A stretch of 60,669 bases of DNA from Gemmatimonadales bacterium (GTDB taxonomy: Bacteria > Gemmatimonadota > Gemmatimonadetes > Gemmatimonadales > GWC2-71-9), in assembly GCA_038209515.1 (NCBI GenBank), contig JBBQXQ010000005.1:1-60669 (forward strand), given 5' to 3'. The position numbers and the translations under genes were made by a program. Within the stretch, counting starts at the first letter, position 1. Each line of letters starts with the position of its first letter. The notes beneath the pieces are model-generated. The model was not told the DNA's origin and did not search any database. It saw nothing but the letters and a program-made list of their open reading frames with translations. Shown here one piece after another: positions 1 through 9,021 of the stretch.

Positions 1-2
1 CC

Positions 3-686
3 ATCCGCGAGCTGAATCCGCAGTACCTGAGGCTCACCACGCCACCGGGTACACGGTCGCTCCTGCGGCTTCCGCTGGGGCGCGGTCCCGCCACCGTCGC
101 AGCATACGCCGAGCTGCCACCCCGCCGCCGAGTGACCTTCATCGAGCACTTCGTCGCACGGGGAGAGACGCTGGGTGGGATCGCGCTGCGCTACCGGGTA
201 AGCCAGGCGATGCTCGTAGCGGCCAATCCGAGGGTGAACAGCAGAAGGCTTCGCATCAACCAGAGACTCATCGTGCCCACCGGTGGGGCGCTCTCCACGT
301 CGGTCGCGCGGCGGATGGCGGATCCGGTGGTGGCGGCCGGCACGAGTACGGGCGCGTTTCATCGGGTGCGGCGGGGCGAGACGCTCTCGGAGATAGCGGA
401 CGAGTACGGCGTCACCCAACGAGAGCTGCGGCTCTGGAACGTGGTGGACAGCCGCGACCGGATCCGGGCCGGGCAGCGGCTCAGGGTCGTGTCGCCCGAC
501 GCACCACGCAGGGTCATCCCTCAGCCAGTGGAGCACTCCGGCGAACGGACGCACCTCGTGCGGCGGGGGGATACGCTGAAGAGCCTGGCGAAACGCTACG
601 GCGTTTCGATCCAGGCTCTCAGAGAAGCAAATGGATTAGGCGAGCGCGAGCCCCTGAAGACCGGCATCGCGCTCAAGATCCGCTAG
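3..686 (+). CDS. MltD-like lytic murein transglycosylase, C-terminal LysM repeats (5' end lies outside the window)
   Basis: The frame is open from the window edge (IRELNPQYLRL...). It has three LysM-like repeats (H.V..GETL..IA..Y.V....L...N). Its stop overlaps the convergent stop of the next gene at CTAG 683-686. Confidence 0.75.
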   Translation: MRELNPQYLRLTTPPGTRSLLRLPLGRGPATVAAYAELPPRRRVTFIEHFVARGETLGGIALRYRVSQAMLVAANPRVNSRRLRINQRLIVPTGGALSTSVARRMADPVVAAGTSTGAFHRVRRGETLSEIADEYGVTQRELRLWNVVDSRDRIRAGQRLRVVSPDAPRRVIPQPVEHSGERTHLVRRGDTLKSLAKRYGVSIQALREANGLGEREPLKTGIALKIR

Positions 687-1378
687 CGCACCTCGGCCGA
701 CCCGGTCCGACGGTAGCCCTTGAGCACCGCGTCGGAATAGCCGTTCGCGGGATTGCCGCCCTGGGCCAGGATCTGGTCTACCCGCGCCGGGCCACGGTTG
801 TACGCCAGCAGTGCCAGGTGTACATCGTAGTTGAAGCGGGCCAGCAGCTCGTTCAGGAAGCGAAATCCCAGGCGCAGGTTAGTGTCCCGATCGAACAGGT
901 CCTTCTGGGTGATGCCGGGCTGATAGAACTTGGCCGTTGCCACCTGGAGCTGGGTGTACCCGAACGCCTGCATCGGGCTTACGGCCTTCCGATTGAACTG
1001 GCTCTCGATCTTCACCAGCTGGTACCCCAGTGAAGGATCGATCCCCTCACTCAACGCGATATCGTAGATCGCCCCCGACAAGTCGGCGGGGATCTGGTAC
1101 CGGGTCGAATTGTCGAGGATGGCGGTGGCCCGCTCCAGCTGGAGCTTTATGACCACCGTTTCGCCCTTGGCGGCTTCGAGCTGATCGCTCAGGCTGCCCA
1201 TCTGGCGAGCCACGATGCTGACGTCCGGGATGTCGGCGTGATCGGTGGCGCGGGCGCGCTTGTTCCATGCGCCGAGCGCGCCAATGGACACGGCCAGGAG
1301 CAGCAACGCACCGCCCCGGAGGAGGATTCGCTCCGCGGTCCACGGCTTCGGTTCACCGTAATCAATGGGTCTCGCCAC
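683..1378 (-). CDS. SLT-domain lytic transglycosylase with N-terminal membrane anchor
   Basis: SLT motifs are present (ESQFNRKAVSPMQAFGYTQL, AYNRGP). I chose the GTG at 1378, which follows AAGGGG. The TTG at 1435 is an alternative start but would overlap moaC by 22 nt. Confidence 0.75.
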   Translation of the reverse strand: MARPIDYGEPKPWTAERILLRGGALLLLAVSIGALGAWNKRARATDHADIPDVSIVARQMGSLSDQLEAAKGETVVIKLQLERATAILDNSTRYQIPADLSGAIYDIALSEGIDPSLGYQLVKIESQFNRKAVSPMQAFGYTQLQVATAKFYQPGITQKDLFDRDTNLRLGFRFLNELLARFNYDVHLALLAYNRGPARVDQILAQGGNPANGYSDAVLKGYRRTGSAEVR

Positions 1379-1413
1379 GCGCCAACCCCTTTCTATTGTG
1401 AGAAGGCCGTCCG

Positions 1414-1887
1414 CTATGACTCGGACCGGTGCCAATCTCCTCGGGTGCCGCCACTCTTGCTCACCAGCCGAACGTCTTCGATGACCATCCCCCGATCCAC
1501 CGCCTTGACCATGTCGTACACCGTAAGACAGGCGACCGCGACCGCGGTGAGCGCCTCCATCTCCACGCCGGTACGCCCGGTAGCCTTTGCCAGCGCGGTG
1601 ATGCGCACGCCGGGCAGCTCGGGCTCGAGCCGCGCCTCGACCTGGACCAGGTCCAGATTAAGCGGGTGACAGAGTGGAACCAGCTCGCCGGTACGCTTGG
1701 CTCCCATGGTGCCCGCCACTTCAGCCACCCCGAGTACATCCCCCTTGGCGAGCCCCTGCGCTGCCACCAGCTCGAACGCCTCTCGCGACATCCGCACCGC
1801 ACCCTCGGCGGAGGCCGTCCGCTCCGATACCGGCTTATCGCCCACATCTACCATGCGGGCTCGGCCCTGCTCGTCCAGGTGGGTCAT
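1414..1887 (-). CDS. moaC: Cyclic pyranopterin monophosphate synthase MoaC
   Basis: MTHLDEQGRARMVDVGDKP...LVPLCHPL...MEALTAVAVA.LTVYDM.KA is the typical MoaC sequence. I used the internal ATG at 1887; the longer ORF extension is Arg/Gly-rich junk overlapping holB. Confidence 0.9.
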   Translation of the reverse strand: MTHLDEQGRARMVDVGDKPVSERTASAEGAVRMSREAFELVAAQGLAKGDVLGVAEVAGTMGAKRTGELVPLCHPLNLDLVQVEARLEPELPGVRITALAKATGRTGVEMEALTAVAVACLTVYDMVKAVDRGMVIEDVRLVSKSGGTRGDWHRSES

Positions 1888-1889
1888 CT

Positions 1890-2981
1890 TCACAGGATTT
1901 CCGCCAGATCCTCTCCCAGCACGGCCAGGAGGATCTGGGGATTCACGTTTCCCCACGCCGCATCCCTCGCATCCGCCACGTGCTCCATCGCCTTCAGCAA
2001 CCGGTCGGGGTGGCCGTAGCCACGGAGTGCTCGAGGCACGGGCCGGCGCGGCGTCTGTCCCAGCGTTTCTCGCGCGGCCTCGCTCAGCGTTTCCGCGAGC
2101 GCATCGAGCATGGCGGTGAAGTCTCCCCGGGCAGACCACGGGGCCTGCTTCAAGGCCTGTTCAAAACTGGGGCCGGGTCCCGCCATGACGGCCTCCAGCA
2201 GCCGCTCTGCCGCATGCCGGGCCTTCCCGCTTTCGTCTCCAACCGCCAGCGCCCGGCCGATCGACCCTTCTGCCGCCGCGACCCGCTGGTCCAGCTCGGC
2301 CGCCGATGGAGCAGGCCGGAGATGGGTCGCGAGGAACCCACGCACGTCAGCGTCCGCTACGCCGCCTACTCTCAAGAGCACGGCCCGGGACCGAATCGTG
2401 GGAAGCAACCGCTGCGCATCGACAGTCGTCAGCATGAACAGGCTTCCCGGCGGCGGCTCCTCCAACAGCTTGAGCAACGCGTTGGCCGCCTCCTGACTCG
2501 ACTCCTGAGATACCAGGCGGTCGGCCTCGCCAATGATGAAGACTCGGCGCCCTCCCTCGACCGACGTCAGAGACGCCTGGCGCTGCAACAGGCGAACGCT
2601 GGCGATCCCATGGCTGGCCATCCCGTCGCTCTGGGCGTAGAGAGGCCGGCTACGCCGTTCCTCCAGGGCATCGGCGATTGCCTGGGATGCTTCCTCGACC
2701 TGCTTGTCCGGCTCGGAGGCTTTTGGCCTCGGAATGGGGACAAACCAGTGCAGGTCCGGATGCGCCAGCCCGCCGACCAAGCGACAGGCTCGGCAGATCC
2801 CGCAGGGCTCCTCCCCGGCCGCCTCGCAAAGGACCAGCTGGGCCAGCCACAAAGCCAACCGCTGTTTGCCAACACCCCACGGCCCAGCCAGAACGAGGAC
2901 CTGGGGCAAGCGCTTGCTCCGGACCCCACGCGCCAGACGGCGACGCGTCTCATGGTGTCCGACTAGCGGGTGCAGAGGCAT
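1890..2981 (-). CDS. holB: DNA polymerase III delta-prime subunit
   Basis: LVLAGPWGVGKQRLALWLAQLVLCE...CGICRACRLV...HPDLHWF gives a P-loop-like motif, a zinc-module motif and the SRC-type region (TIRSR). The gene ends 2 nt before the moaC start. Confidence 0.85.
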   Translation of the reverse strand: MPLHPLVGHHETRRRLARGVRSKRLPQVLVLAGPWGVGKQRLALWLAQLVLCEAAGEEPCGICRACRLVGGLAHPDLHWFVPIPRPKASEPDKQVEEASQAIADALEERRSRPLYAQSDGMASHGIASVRLLQRQASLTSVEGGRRVFIIGEADRLVSQESSQEAANALLKLLEEPPPGSLFMLTTVDAQRLLPTIRSRAVLLRVGGVADADVRGFLATHLRPAPSAAELDQRVAAAEGSIGRALAVGDESGKARHAAERLLEAVMAGPGPSFEQALKQAPWSARGDFTAMLDALAETLSEAARETLGQTPRRPVPRALRGYGHPDRLLKAMEHVADARDAAWGNVNPQILLAVLGEDLAEIL

Positions 2982-3317
2982 TGGACAGAAGGTAAGTAGA
3001 CCACGGGAATCCGGGTAGTTGGAAATGTGTAACAGTTTTATCAACAACAACTTAGAATGCAACTTCTGCCGCGTCGGTGTCAACAAACGGACGACAAAAA
3101 GTCAGCTTTGCAAGAGTGAATGCTCACCCCGAGCCGGACGATGCGAGCGGGCACTCACGTCGGACCGTAAGCTGTTGACCTGACATTCCGAGTTCGGCTG
3201 GTTGCGGAAACGTACCGGCGCCGGGATCTACCAAGCTGTGTTGCCGGTCACCGGTCGCGCAATTTTTGGTTGGCAGGGTCGCTAGATTGGACCCTCCTCC
3301 AGCTCGAGGGATCAACG

Positions 3318-3542
3318 ATGCGACGAACTGGTCTCCCCGCACTGCTCCTAGTGATCGCTTTTGCCGGCTGTACGCCCAAGGAGGACGCGGAAGGAAGCAA
3401 GCATGTCCGGAGCGAGCGGGAGCGGGACAGCATTCTCGGCGCCTCACGGCTGCCCGGGGCCCGGGGTGTGCGGGGCGCTCTGGGCGCGTCCGATTCGGCG
3501 GCTGCACGGAACGCGCGATTGGACTCGGTCGCCAATCAGTAG
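3318..3542 (+). CDS. Small hypothetical lipoprotein
   Basis: MRRTGLPALLLVIAFAGC is a signal peptide with a lipobox. The internal ATG was chosen over the ORF start at 3270. Confidence 0.5.
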   Translation: MRRTGLPALLLVIAFAGCTPKEDAEGSKHVRSERERDSILGASRLPGARGVRGALGASDSAAARNARLDSVANQ

Positions 3543-3599
3543 TGATGCCGAAGTCGTTGCAGAACCGGCTACCCGCCGCTAGGTTTTTGCTGCCGACAA

Positions 3600-3672
3600 T
3601 CCCGAGTAGCTCAGTTGGTAGAGCAGGTGACTGTTAATCACCGGGTCGGGGGTTCGAGTCCCTCCTCGGGAG
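3600..3672 (+). tRNA. tRNA-Asn (anticodon GUU)
   Basis: I folded the cloverleaf by hand. Acceptor stem is TCCCGAG/CTCGGGA, D arm GCTC-AGTTGGTA-GAGC, anticodon stem GGTGA/TCACC with loop CTGTTAA, T arm GGGGG-TTCGAGT-CCCTC, discriminator G. CCA is not encoded. Confidence 0.93.
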
Positions 3673-3708
3673 CTTTCAACCAACAAGGGTTTACCGATTC
3701 AACTCTAA

Positions 3709-3740
3709 GGGCTTATAACACTGTTATAGGCCCTTTCTCT
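3709..3740 (+). terminator. Intrinsic terminator-like hairpin downstream of tRNA-Asn
   Basis: GGGCTTATAA-cactg-TTATAGGCCC forms a 10-bp stem with one G-U pair, followed by TTTCTCT. Confidence 0.55.
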
Positions 3741-3792
3741 CGCCTGCCTGTTGCTTCCTGACTCCACATGTCCCCGTGGCGAGCTGGTGCGG

Positions 3793-5025
3793 TTAGCTCT
3801 GCCCAGCCACCTTCACCGGAGACAAACGAGTCGTGGTGGTCCCGTCGCCCAGCTGCCCGACGGCATTGGCGCCCCAGCAGTAGATCTTGTTGCCGGTGGT
3901 GATCCCGCAGGTATGGCTTCCGACCGGGCCCGCACTCACGCCGGCGAAGAGGAGGCCGCCGGCCACCTTGGTGGGCACATTGCGGCTGTAACTGGTGGTG
4001 CCGTCGCCGAGCTGGCCGCTGCTTCCCCCTCCCCAGCAGTAGGCCACCTTGGTCGTGGTCACGCCGCAGCTATGGTAGTAGCCCGCGATCACCTGTCCGA
4101 AGTGGAGCCCGCCGGCAACCTTGGACGGCTTCAGATGGTTAGTGGACGCGTTATTGTCGCCAAGGTAGCCGGCCCCCCAGCAGTAGGCCAGGTTGTCCGT
4201 GGTGAGCCCGCAGGCATGGGTTTCGTCCACCGTTTCACCATAGACTTCTTCGATGAGCCCGCCTCCCGCGATCACGCTCCGGAAGCTGAGCCCGCCGGCG
4301 ACGGCCACCGGCTTGGAGCGGGCGATGTGGGTGCCGTCACCCAGGGCGCCGTCGTCGTTATTGCCCCAGCAGTAGCCCTTGTTGCTGGTGGTGACGCCGC
4401 AGGTAAAGGCGCCTCCCGCGATCACGCTTCGGAAGCTCAGCCCGCCGGCCACCCGAACCGGCGTTATGTAGTTGTCCCCGCCGCCGAGCTCGCCAAAAGC
4501 GCTCTTGCCCCAGCAGAAGGCCACGTCATAGGGGTTGACGGCGCAGGTGTGGTGGGTGCCCGCGCGCACGCGGACAAAGCGGCGCCCGCCCGCAACCAGC
4601 GCAGGAGTCAAGCCGTCCCCGACCGTAGTGCCTAGCTGGCCGTTTTCGTTAAACCCCCAGCAGTAGGCCCGGTTGTCCGCCGTCACCGCGCAGGTATGGT
4701 ATGCGCCGGCGCTCACCTGGACGAATCGGAGCGTGCCGGCTACCACCTTGGGTGACGAGCGATTGGTTCGGGTGCCGTCGCCGAGCTGCCCGAACTTGTT
4801 GTACCCCCAGCAGTAGACCCGGCCGTCCCCGGCCAGGGCGCAGGTATGAGACCCGCCGGCGCTCACCGTGGTGAACGCGAGCGTCCCGGCCGCAGCCACG
4901 GCAGCGAGCTCGGAGGTACTCGGCGACACGGGATCCTCGGCGCAGCCGAGGCCGCCCAACACAATCGCCGCAGCCAGCAGAGAAGCCAAACGATCTATGC
5001 GAGTGCAATCCATCTGCTGCTTCAT
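3793..5025 (-). CDS. RCC1-repeat (beta-propeller) lipoprotein
   Basis: Seven or more repeats of the CWG.N..GQLGDG RCC1 signature. The N-terminus LGGLGCAEDP is a lipobox. Confidence 0.85.
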   Translation of the reverse strand: MKQQMDCTRIDRLASLLAAAIVLGGLGCAEDPVSPSTSELAAVAAAGTLAFTTVSAGGSHTCALAGDGRVYCWGYNKFGQLGDGTRTNRSSPKVVAGTLRFVQVSAGAYHTCAVTADNRAYCWGFNENGQLGTTVGDGLTPALVAGGRRFVRVRAGTHHTCAVNPYDVAFCWGKSAFGELGGGDNYITPVRVAGGLSFRSVIAGGAFTCGVTTSNKGYCWGNNDDGALGDGTHIARSKPVAVAGGLSFRSVIAGGGLIEEVYGETVDETHACGLTTDNLAYCWGAGYLGDNNASTNHLKPSKVAGGLHFGQVIAGYYHSCGVTTTKVAYCWGGGSSGQLGDGTTSYSRNVPTKVAGGLLFAGVSAGPVGSHTCGITTGNKIYCWGANAVGQLGDGTTTTRLSPVKVAGQS

Positions 5026-5177
5026 TTGGAAACTCCTTTCGCGAACCCCCGTGATGCCACCACTAGTCGATGAGCTTGCTGGGCACGAATAAGCATAGTT
5101 GCCGCAGTCAAGCAGGCGTCAAGTGGGCCGACCCCTTCGCCCTCGCCGGCCCCGTTTGTCCTTGGCGAGAGACACCA

Positions 5178-6200
5178 TTACGGCGTGTACAACAGGGTAT
5201 GGCTTCCGGTGGCCGTGACGAGGCGGGGGGCGCCGTTTAGCCTCGCCAATGTCGTTGACCCAGAAATCTCCGGAGCGGCCTTGGCCTTCCACTGGTTGGT
5301 GAACCGGTTGTAGGCATAGGCATGAGCGGAGGATACAATAACGAAGAACTGTCCCTGCAGGGCTGCTCCCGCCCGCGCGGCTCCGCCCCCGGGGACTGGA
5401 GCGAGGGTACTCCAGGTGTTGGTCGCTGGGTCGTAGACGTCGAGAGCGCTGATTCCTTCTCCAGACGCGCCGACCCCCCCGGTCACGTAGAGCTTGCCGT
5501 CGAGAACAGCAGCGGCACCTCGGCGATGGAAGTGGGGCGCCGCTCGCCGGGATACCCAGGTGTTCGTGGCGGGATCGTAGCGGTAGAAGCGGCGAGTTGC
5601 CTCCTCGGCACAGTACCCCGCATTGGGGTAGCCGTTCCCGTTACAAGCGCCCGGGAGCACGTAGAGCTTGCCGTTGATGACACCACTGACCCCTTCGGCG
5701 CTGAAGATCGGCAGATTGGCCTTCTGGATCATCCGGTCACTGGAGTAGTCATAAGCCCAGAGCTGCCTGCTGGCGTCGGGCAGGTTCCCGGCGGTGACGT
5801 AGCCTCCTGAAAAGTAGAGCTTGCTCCCGATCTTGCCGACACCGTTCGAATAGAAGACGCCGACCTGCGCAAGCTTTCCGGTCCAGGTATTCGTGGCCAC
5901 ATTGTAGGCCTTGACGGTCATTCCGGTGCCACCCTCGTCGCTCGAGGTGCCGCCGAAGGCATACACGATAGATTGCCCGGCAGAATTGGGCGCCATCCCG
6001 AGATCATACCCGTAGATGAAGTCACTATACGGTGTCGGCGCTTTTGCGGTCCAGCTGCCTGCGGTTGCCGCGAGGGACAGCGCTGCCGGCGGGGGATTTC
6101 CGGCCATTTCAGGCTGGGTAGGGGTTGTGGTCTCATCACACGCGAGGAGGGCAAGCGCGGTGAGAGAGAGGGTGAGGTTGAGCCGGGTGCGGCGGGACAT
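5178..6200 (-). CDS. Kelch-repeat (beta-propeller) lipoprotein
   Basis: The signal peptide with lipobox is LTALALLAC. Kelch-like blades are repeated (GKLY..GG, ..YDP.TN.W). Confidence 0.75.
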   Translation of the reverse strand: MSRRTRLNLTLSLTALALLACDETTTPTQPEMAGNPPPAALSLAATAGSWTAKAPTPYSDFIYGYDLGMAPNSAGQSIVYAFGGTSSDEGGTGMTVKAYNVATNTWTGKLAQVGVFYSNGVGKIGSKLYFSGGYVTAGNLPDASRQLWAYDYSSDRMIQKANLPIFSAEGVSGVINGKLYVLPGACNGNGYPNAGYCAEEATRRFYRYDPATNTWVSRRAAPHFHRRGAAAVLDGKLYVTGGVGASGEGISALDVYDPATNTWSTLAPVPGGGAARAGAALQGQFFVIVSSAHAYAYNRFTNQWKAKAAPEISGSTTLARLNGAPRLVTATGSHTLLYTP

Positions 6201-6602
6201 AATGATCTCCTACGCGGTTGGGGCGAAGCGAGGAAGACTCTATAGTAGCTCGCAGCATCACGTTGCTACACTAGAAACTGCTAGCACACCCCCGTCAAGC
6301 CGATCTCAAGCAACCTTCCCGTTCCGGCGCCGCTCTCCTCGGCGTCTCTCCGCCAGGGGAATCCGTAATGGCCGGGCCCCACCCCGAACGGCCGTTCGGT
6401 TGGTTACCACCCCCGAATTGCGCCGGCGCCACAGGTAGAACAGTCCTACCACGTCCACTGCGGCCGCCAGGCCTATGAAAATCCATGGAAAAGGTAAGCC
6501 AGTCATGGTGTTGCGACCTCGGGGCCTGCTCCTGATCAGGGCCTGATGCTGAGCTGCGGCGTGACCGAGGATCGATTTCGCATTTTCTGCGCCAGCAGCA
6601 GC

Positions 6603-6872
6603 TCATGCCGCGGTCGAGTTCACCGCGGCGAGAGGGTGGTGCTGCGCCCGGTACTGCTCCTGGAACGCGCCCGGGGTGACGCCATGGCACTCCTTGAACC
6701 GCCGGCTCAGGTGCGACTGATTGGCGAAACCGCATTCGTACGCCACCCAGGTCGCTGACTTCCCCTCGGCGAGCAGCCGCCGAGCGCGGGCGAGACGCAC
6801 CTGCGCGTGGTAACTCCCGGGAGGGAGGCCCACCGCCCGGGAGAACGAACGCACAAGGTAGGAGACTGTGAC
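6603..6872 (-). pseudogene. AraC-family HTH fragment (C-terminal DNA-binding half only)
   Basis: SYLVRSFSRAVGLPPGSYHAQVRLARARRLL...ECGFANQSHLSRRFKECHGVTPGAFQ is the AraC HTH signature. There is no sensor domain. The upstream in-frame sequence overlaps the SYLF gene and looks non-coding, and the only candidate start is an internal GTG near 6854. Confidence 0.55.
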
Positions 6873-6873
6873 C

Positions 6874-7437
6874 TCAGGCGGCCTTGGCGATGGGGTGGAA
6901 CGAAAGCTTCTGCCCGCCCACCGACGCTTCGTACATGAGCCCGCCCTCCGCCATGGTGACGATGGCGACGCCGTTGCGATAGGCAAGATCGGCCGACGCT
7001 CGCTCGGTCAGCGCGACGGCCGACGCCTGCGCGTCGAGCTTGAGTTTACCCCGCTTGAAGTTCTCCAGCGCCGCATTGTCCTTGAGGAAGATCACCTCGC
7101 TGTAGGCCTGGCCGCCCGCCTGTAAGCCGATCGTCAGTTGCGTGAGCGTGGAGTTTCCGATCAGGTGGCCTTGCTGGTACACGTATCCCTTGCCTCTGGC
7201 ACCACCGATACCCAGCCCGCCCTTGGCGACAGTCGGAAACACGACATAGCCGGCGGACTGGTCGAAGATTTTGGCTAGGCCTGGGTCTTTTGCCTTGAAC
7301 TTCGCGATCACTGCCGCGGCGTCAGACTCATCCTTCGCCAAGGAGACAACTACCGGGTCTTCCGCAGACGCGGGCATGGTCAGAATAAGGGCAAGAGCCA
7401 GCCGCCTACAGTGGGTCGAATGATGGACATTGGTCAC
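6874..7437 (-). CDS. SYLF (Ysc84/DUF500) lipid-binding domain protein, secreted
   Basis: GYVVFPTVAKGGLGIGGARGKGYVY...IGLQAGGQAYSEVIF...ASVGGQK is the SYLF pattern. The GTG start at 7437 gives the signal peptide RRLALALILTMPASA. Confidence 0.75.
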   Translation of the reverse strand: MTNVHHSTHCRRLALALILTMPASAEDPVVVSLAKDESDAAAVIAKFKAKDPGLAKIFDQSAGYVVFPTVAKGGLGIGGARGKGYVYQQGHLIGNSTLTQLTIGLQAGGQAYSEVIFLKDNAALENFKRGKLKLDAQASAVALTERASADLAYRNGVAIVTMAEGGLMYEASVGGQKLSFHPIAKAA

Positions 7438-7563
7438 TCCAGGTACATCGCAGAACGGCTGTGCCGTTCTCGTTTCACGTGGTTCGGCCACGCGCCGTCC
7501 GCACGAGTGCATGCTGGCAATAGCAAAGTGGGGTCACGCGTGAACTCGGACTATTCCCGCGAC

Positions 7564-7583
7564 GGGGAGTCTTTCGACTCCCC
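7564..7583 (-). terminator. Stem-loop immediately after the stop of the 7586-7981 gene
   Basis: GGGGAGTC-tttc-GACTCCCC is a perfect 8-bp stem lying 2 nt from the TAA stop. There is no U-tract, so terminator function is uncertain. Confidence 0.35.
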
Positions 7584-7585
7584 GA

Positions 7586-7981
7586 TTAGGGAGCGCGGCG
7601 AGGATGCTGAGGGCGCGACTGCCGCCGGGTCACGGCGAAGACTACGAGAAAAACCGCCTCGGCTACCAGGGAGGCGACCCCGAGTGGTTCGAACCAGGCA
7701 TCGGGCTCGGCCGGCAGACCCGGCAGGCCGACGGTACGACTGAGCACATAGCCCAGGAATGCCCCGCCGGCCACGAGCGCACCCAATAGCCATCCCCAAT
7801 CGGCGCGATCGCGGTACACACCGACCGCGGCCACCAGCGCACCGACGCCATTGGCGACAAAGAGCAGTCCCTTGTAGGTGGCCTCGCCGAACGAATCGCG
7901 GGCCGTTGCGAGATGAATGAGACCAGTAGCGACGATCGCAACCACTGCGACAATCCTGAGGCTATGGGTCGAGCTCGTCAC
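7586..7981 (-). CDS. Hypothetical integral membrane protein (4 predicted TM)
   Basis: Hydrophobic helices throughout (IVAVVAIVATGLIHL, LLFVANGVGALVAAV, LLGALVAGGAFLGYV, LVAEAVFLVVFAV). It is the last gene of a tight 4-gene minus-strand cluster. Confidence 0.6.
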   Translation of the reverse strand: MTSSTHSLRIVAVVAIVATGLIHLATARDSFGEATYKGLLFVANGVGALVAAVGVYRDRADWGWLLGALVAGGAFLGYVLSRTVGLPGLPAEPDAWFEPLGVASLVAEAVFLVVFAVTRRQSRPQHPRRAP

Positions 7982-7982
7982 C

Positions 7983-8243
7983 TCAATGCCCGCCTTTCGG
8001 TTCAGAGTGTGGCGCTTGACTTGGTCTCGGCGAACGTGTTGCCGTCGCGCCGCGTCTCACATTTTCCCACAAGACGATGGCGAGCAGTCCGAACAGCACG
8101 GGTCCCCGCCACGCATCGCGGAGCCGGAGCACCGGGAACGCGAACGCCGCGATCAGAAGGCAGCCGAGGATGCCGAGCGTCAAGCTCGCATCCTCGACGA
8201 ACAGTCCCCACAGCTCACGCAAGGCCGTCGCGGCCGCGCTCAC
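7983..8243 (-). CDS. Small hypothetical membrane protein
   Basis: Two hydrophobic segments. It overlaps the upstream gene by 4 nt and ends 1 nt before the next start. Confidence 0.5.
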   Translation of the reverse strand: MSAAATALRELWGLFVEDASLTLGILGCLLIAAFAFPVLRLRDAWRGPVLFGLLAIVLWENVRRGATATRSPRPSQAPHSEPKGGH

Positions 8244-9013
8244 GGATGCCTTCCTAGCTGGACTATCAATGGATCGGAAGTCGACCGCCGCACCGCCGCG
8301 ACGGCGAGCAGTGCGATCAGCGTGAAGCCCCCGATCAGGCCGAGAAGCGCGAGATCCTCACCCGGCCATGGGTACCGCAGCCCCTCGCCGACCCAGAAGA
8401 CCCCGAACGCGGAGAGCAGAACGCCCACGGAGAACTTGAGCGTGTTCTCCGGCACCCGGGCGAGCGGCCGACGCAGTGCGAGGCCGGCGAGGATGACGAG
8501 CGAGCCGGCCAGTGCCGCCCCGACTGCGGCCGGTGCCAGAAGTCCGCCCGCGCCCGCAGCGATCACGATGAAGATGACCTCGAGACCCTCCAGGGTCACC
8601 GCCTTGAAGGAGGTCGCCAGCGCAACACGATCCAACCGTGCGAGCAGGGGTGGAGTCCCACCACCATCCCGCACCAGGGCTTCCGTTTCCTTGGCATAGA
8701 TCGCGGCCTCGTCGTGGAGACCGATCACACCGCCGGCGCGGAGGATCGCCTTTCGGAGCCAGCGCATGCCGAAGAGAAGAAGCAGGACCCCGACCGTGAG
8801 CTGCAAGACCGTAAGAGGGATCCGCTGCAAGGTCGGTCCCAGAGCCAGAGTGAGCCCGGTTAGGAATAGCGCTCCGGCGCCGGCGCCGATGAGGGCCGAC
8901 CGCCATCCCCGCGTCGTTCCCACCGCAAGCACGATCGTGAGCGCCTCCACGAACTCCACGAGGGACGCGAGGAAGGCGGCGAGAATGACGGTGCCAACGT
9001 GTGCCCAGCTCAT
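8240..9013 (-). CDS. Polytopic membrane protein, COG4280 / GDT1-TMEM165-like (putative cation transporter)
   Basis: Two internal repeats each have an acidic motif in a TM helix (LVEFVEALTIVLAVG and TLEGLEVIFIVIAAG). The family assignment is from memory of that pattern. Confidence 0.55.
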   Translation of the reverse strand: MSWAHVGTVILAAFLASLVEFVEALTIVLAVGTTRGWRSALIGAGAGALFLTGLTLALGPTLQRIPLTVLQLTVGVLLLLFGMRWLRKAILRAGGVIGLHDEAAIYAKETEALVRDGGGTPPLLARLDRVALATSFKAVTLEGLEVIFIVIAAGAGGLLAPAAVGAALAGSLVILAGLALRRPLARVPENTLKFSVGVLLSAFGVFWVGEGLRYPWPGEDLALLGLIGGFTLIALLAVAAVRRSTSDPLIVQLGRHP

Positions 9014-9021
9014 GGCATACC

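Noticed and set aside
683-686. The convergent MltD-like and SLT genes share overlapping stop codons within the palindrome CTAG.
   Set aside because: This is a real but trivial geometric coincidence of the TAG and CTA stops. No functional implication can be supported.
6306-6506. A 66-aa minus-strand ORF has one TM-like helix followed by an Arg-rich tail.
   Set aside because: I recognise no family, the codon bias is weak and the tail is low-complexity (RRRGERRRNGK). The evidence is insufficient to call a gene.
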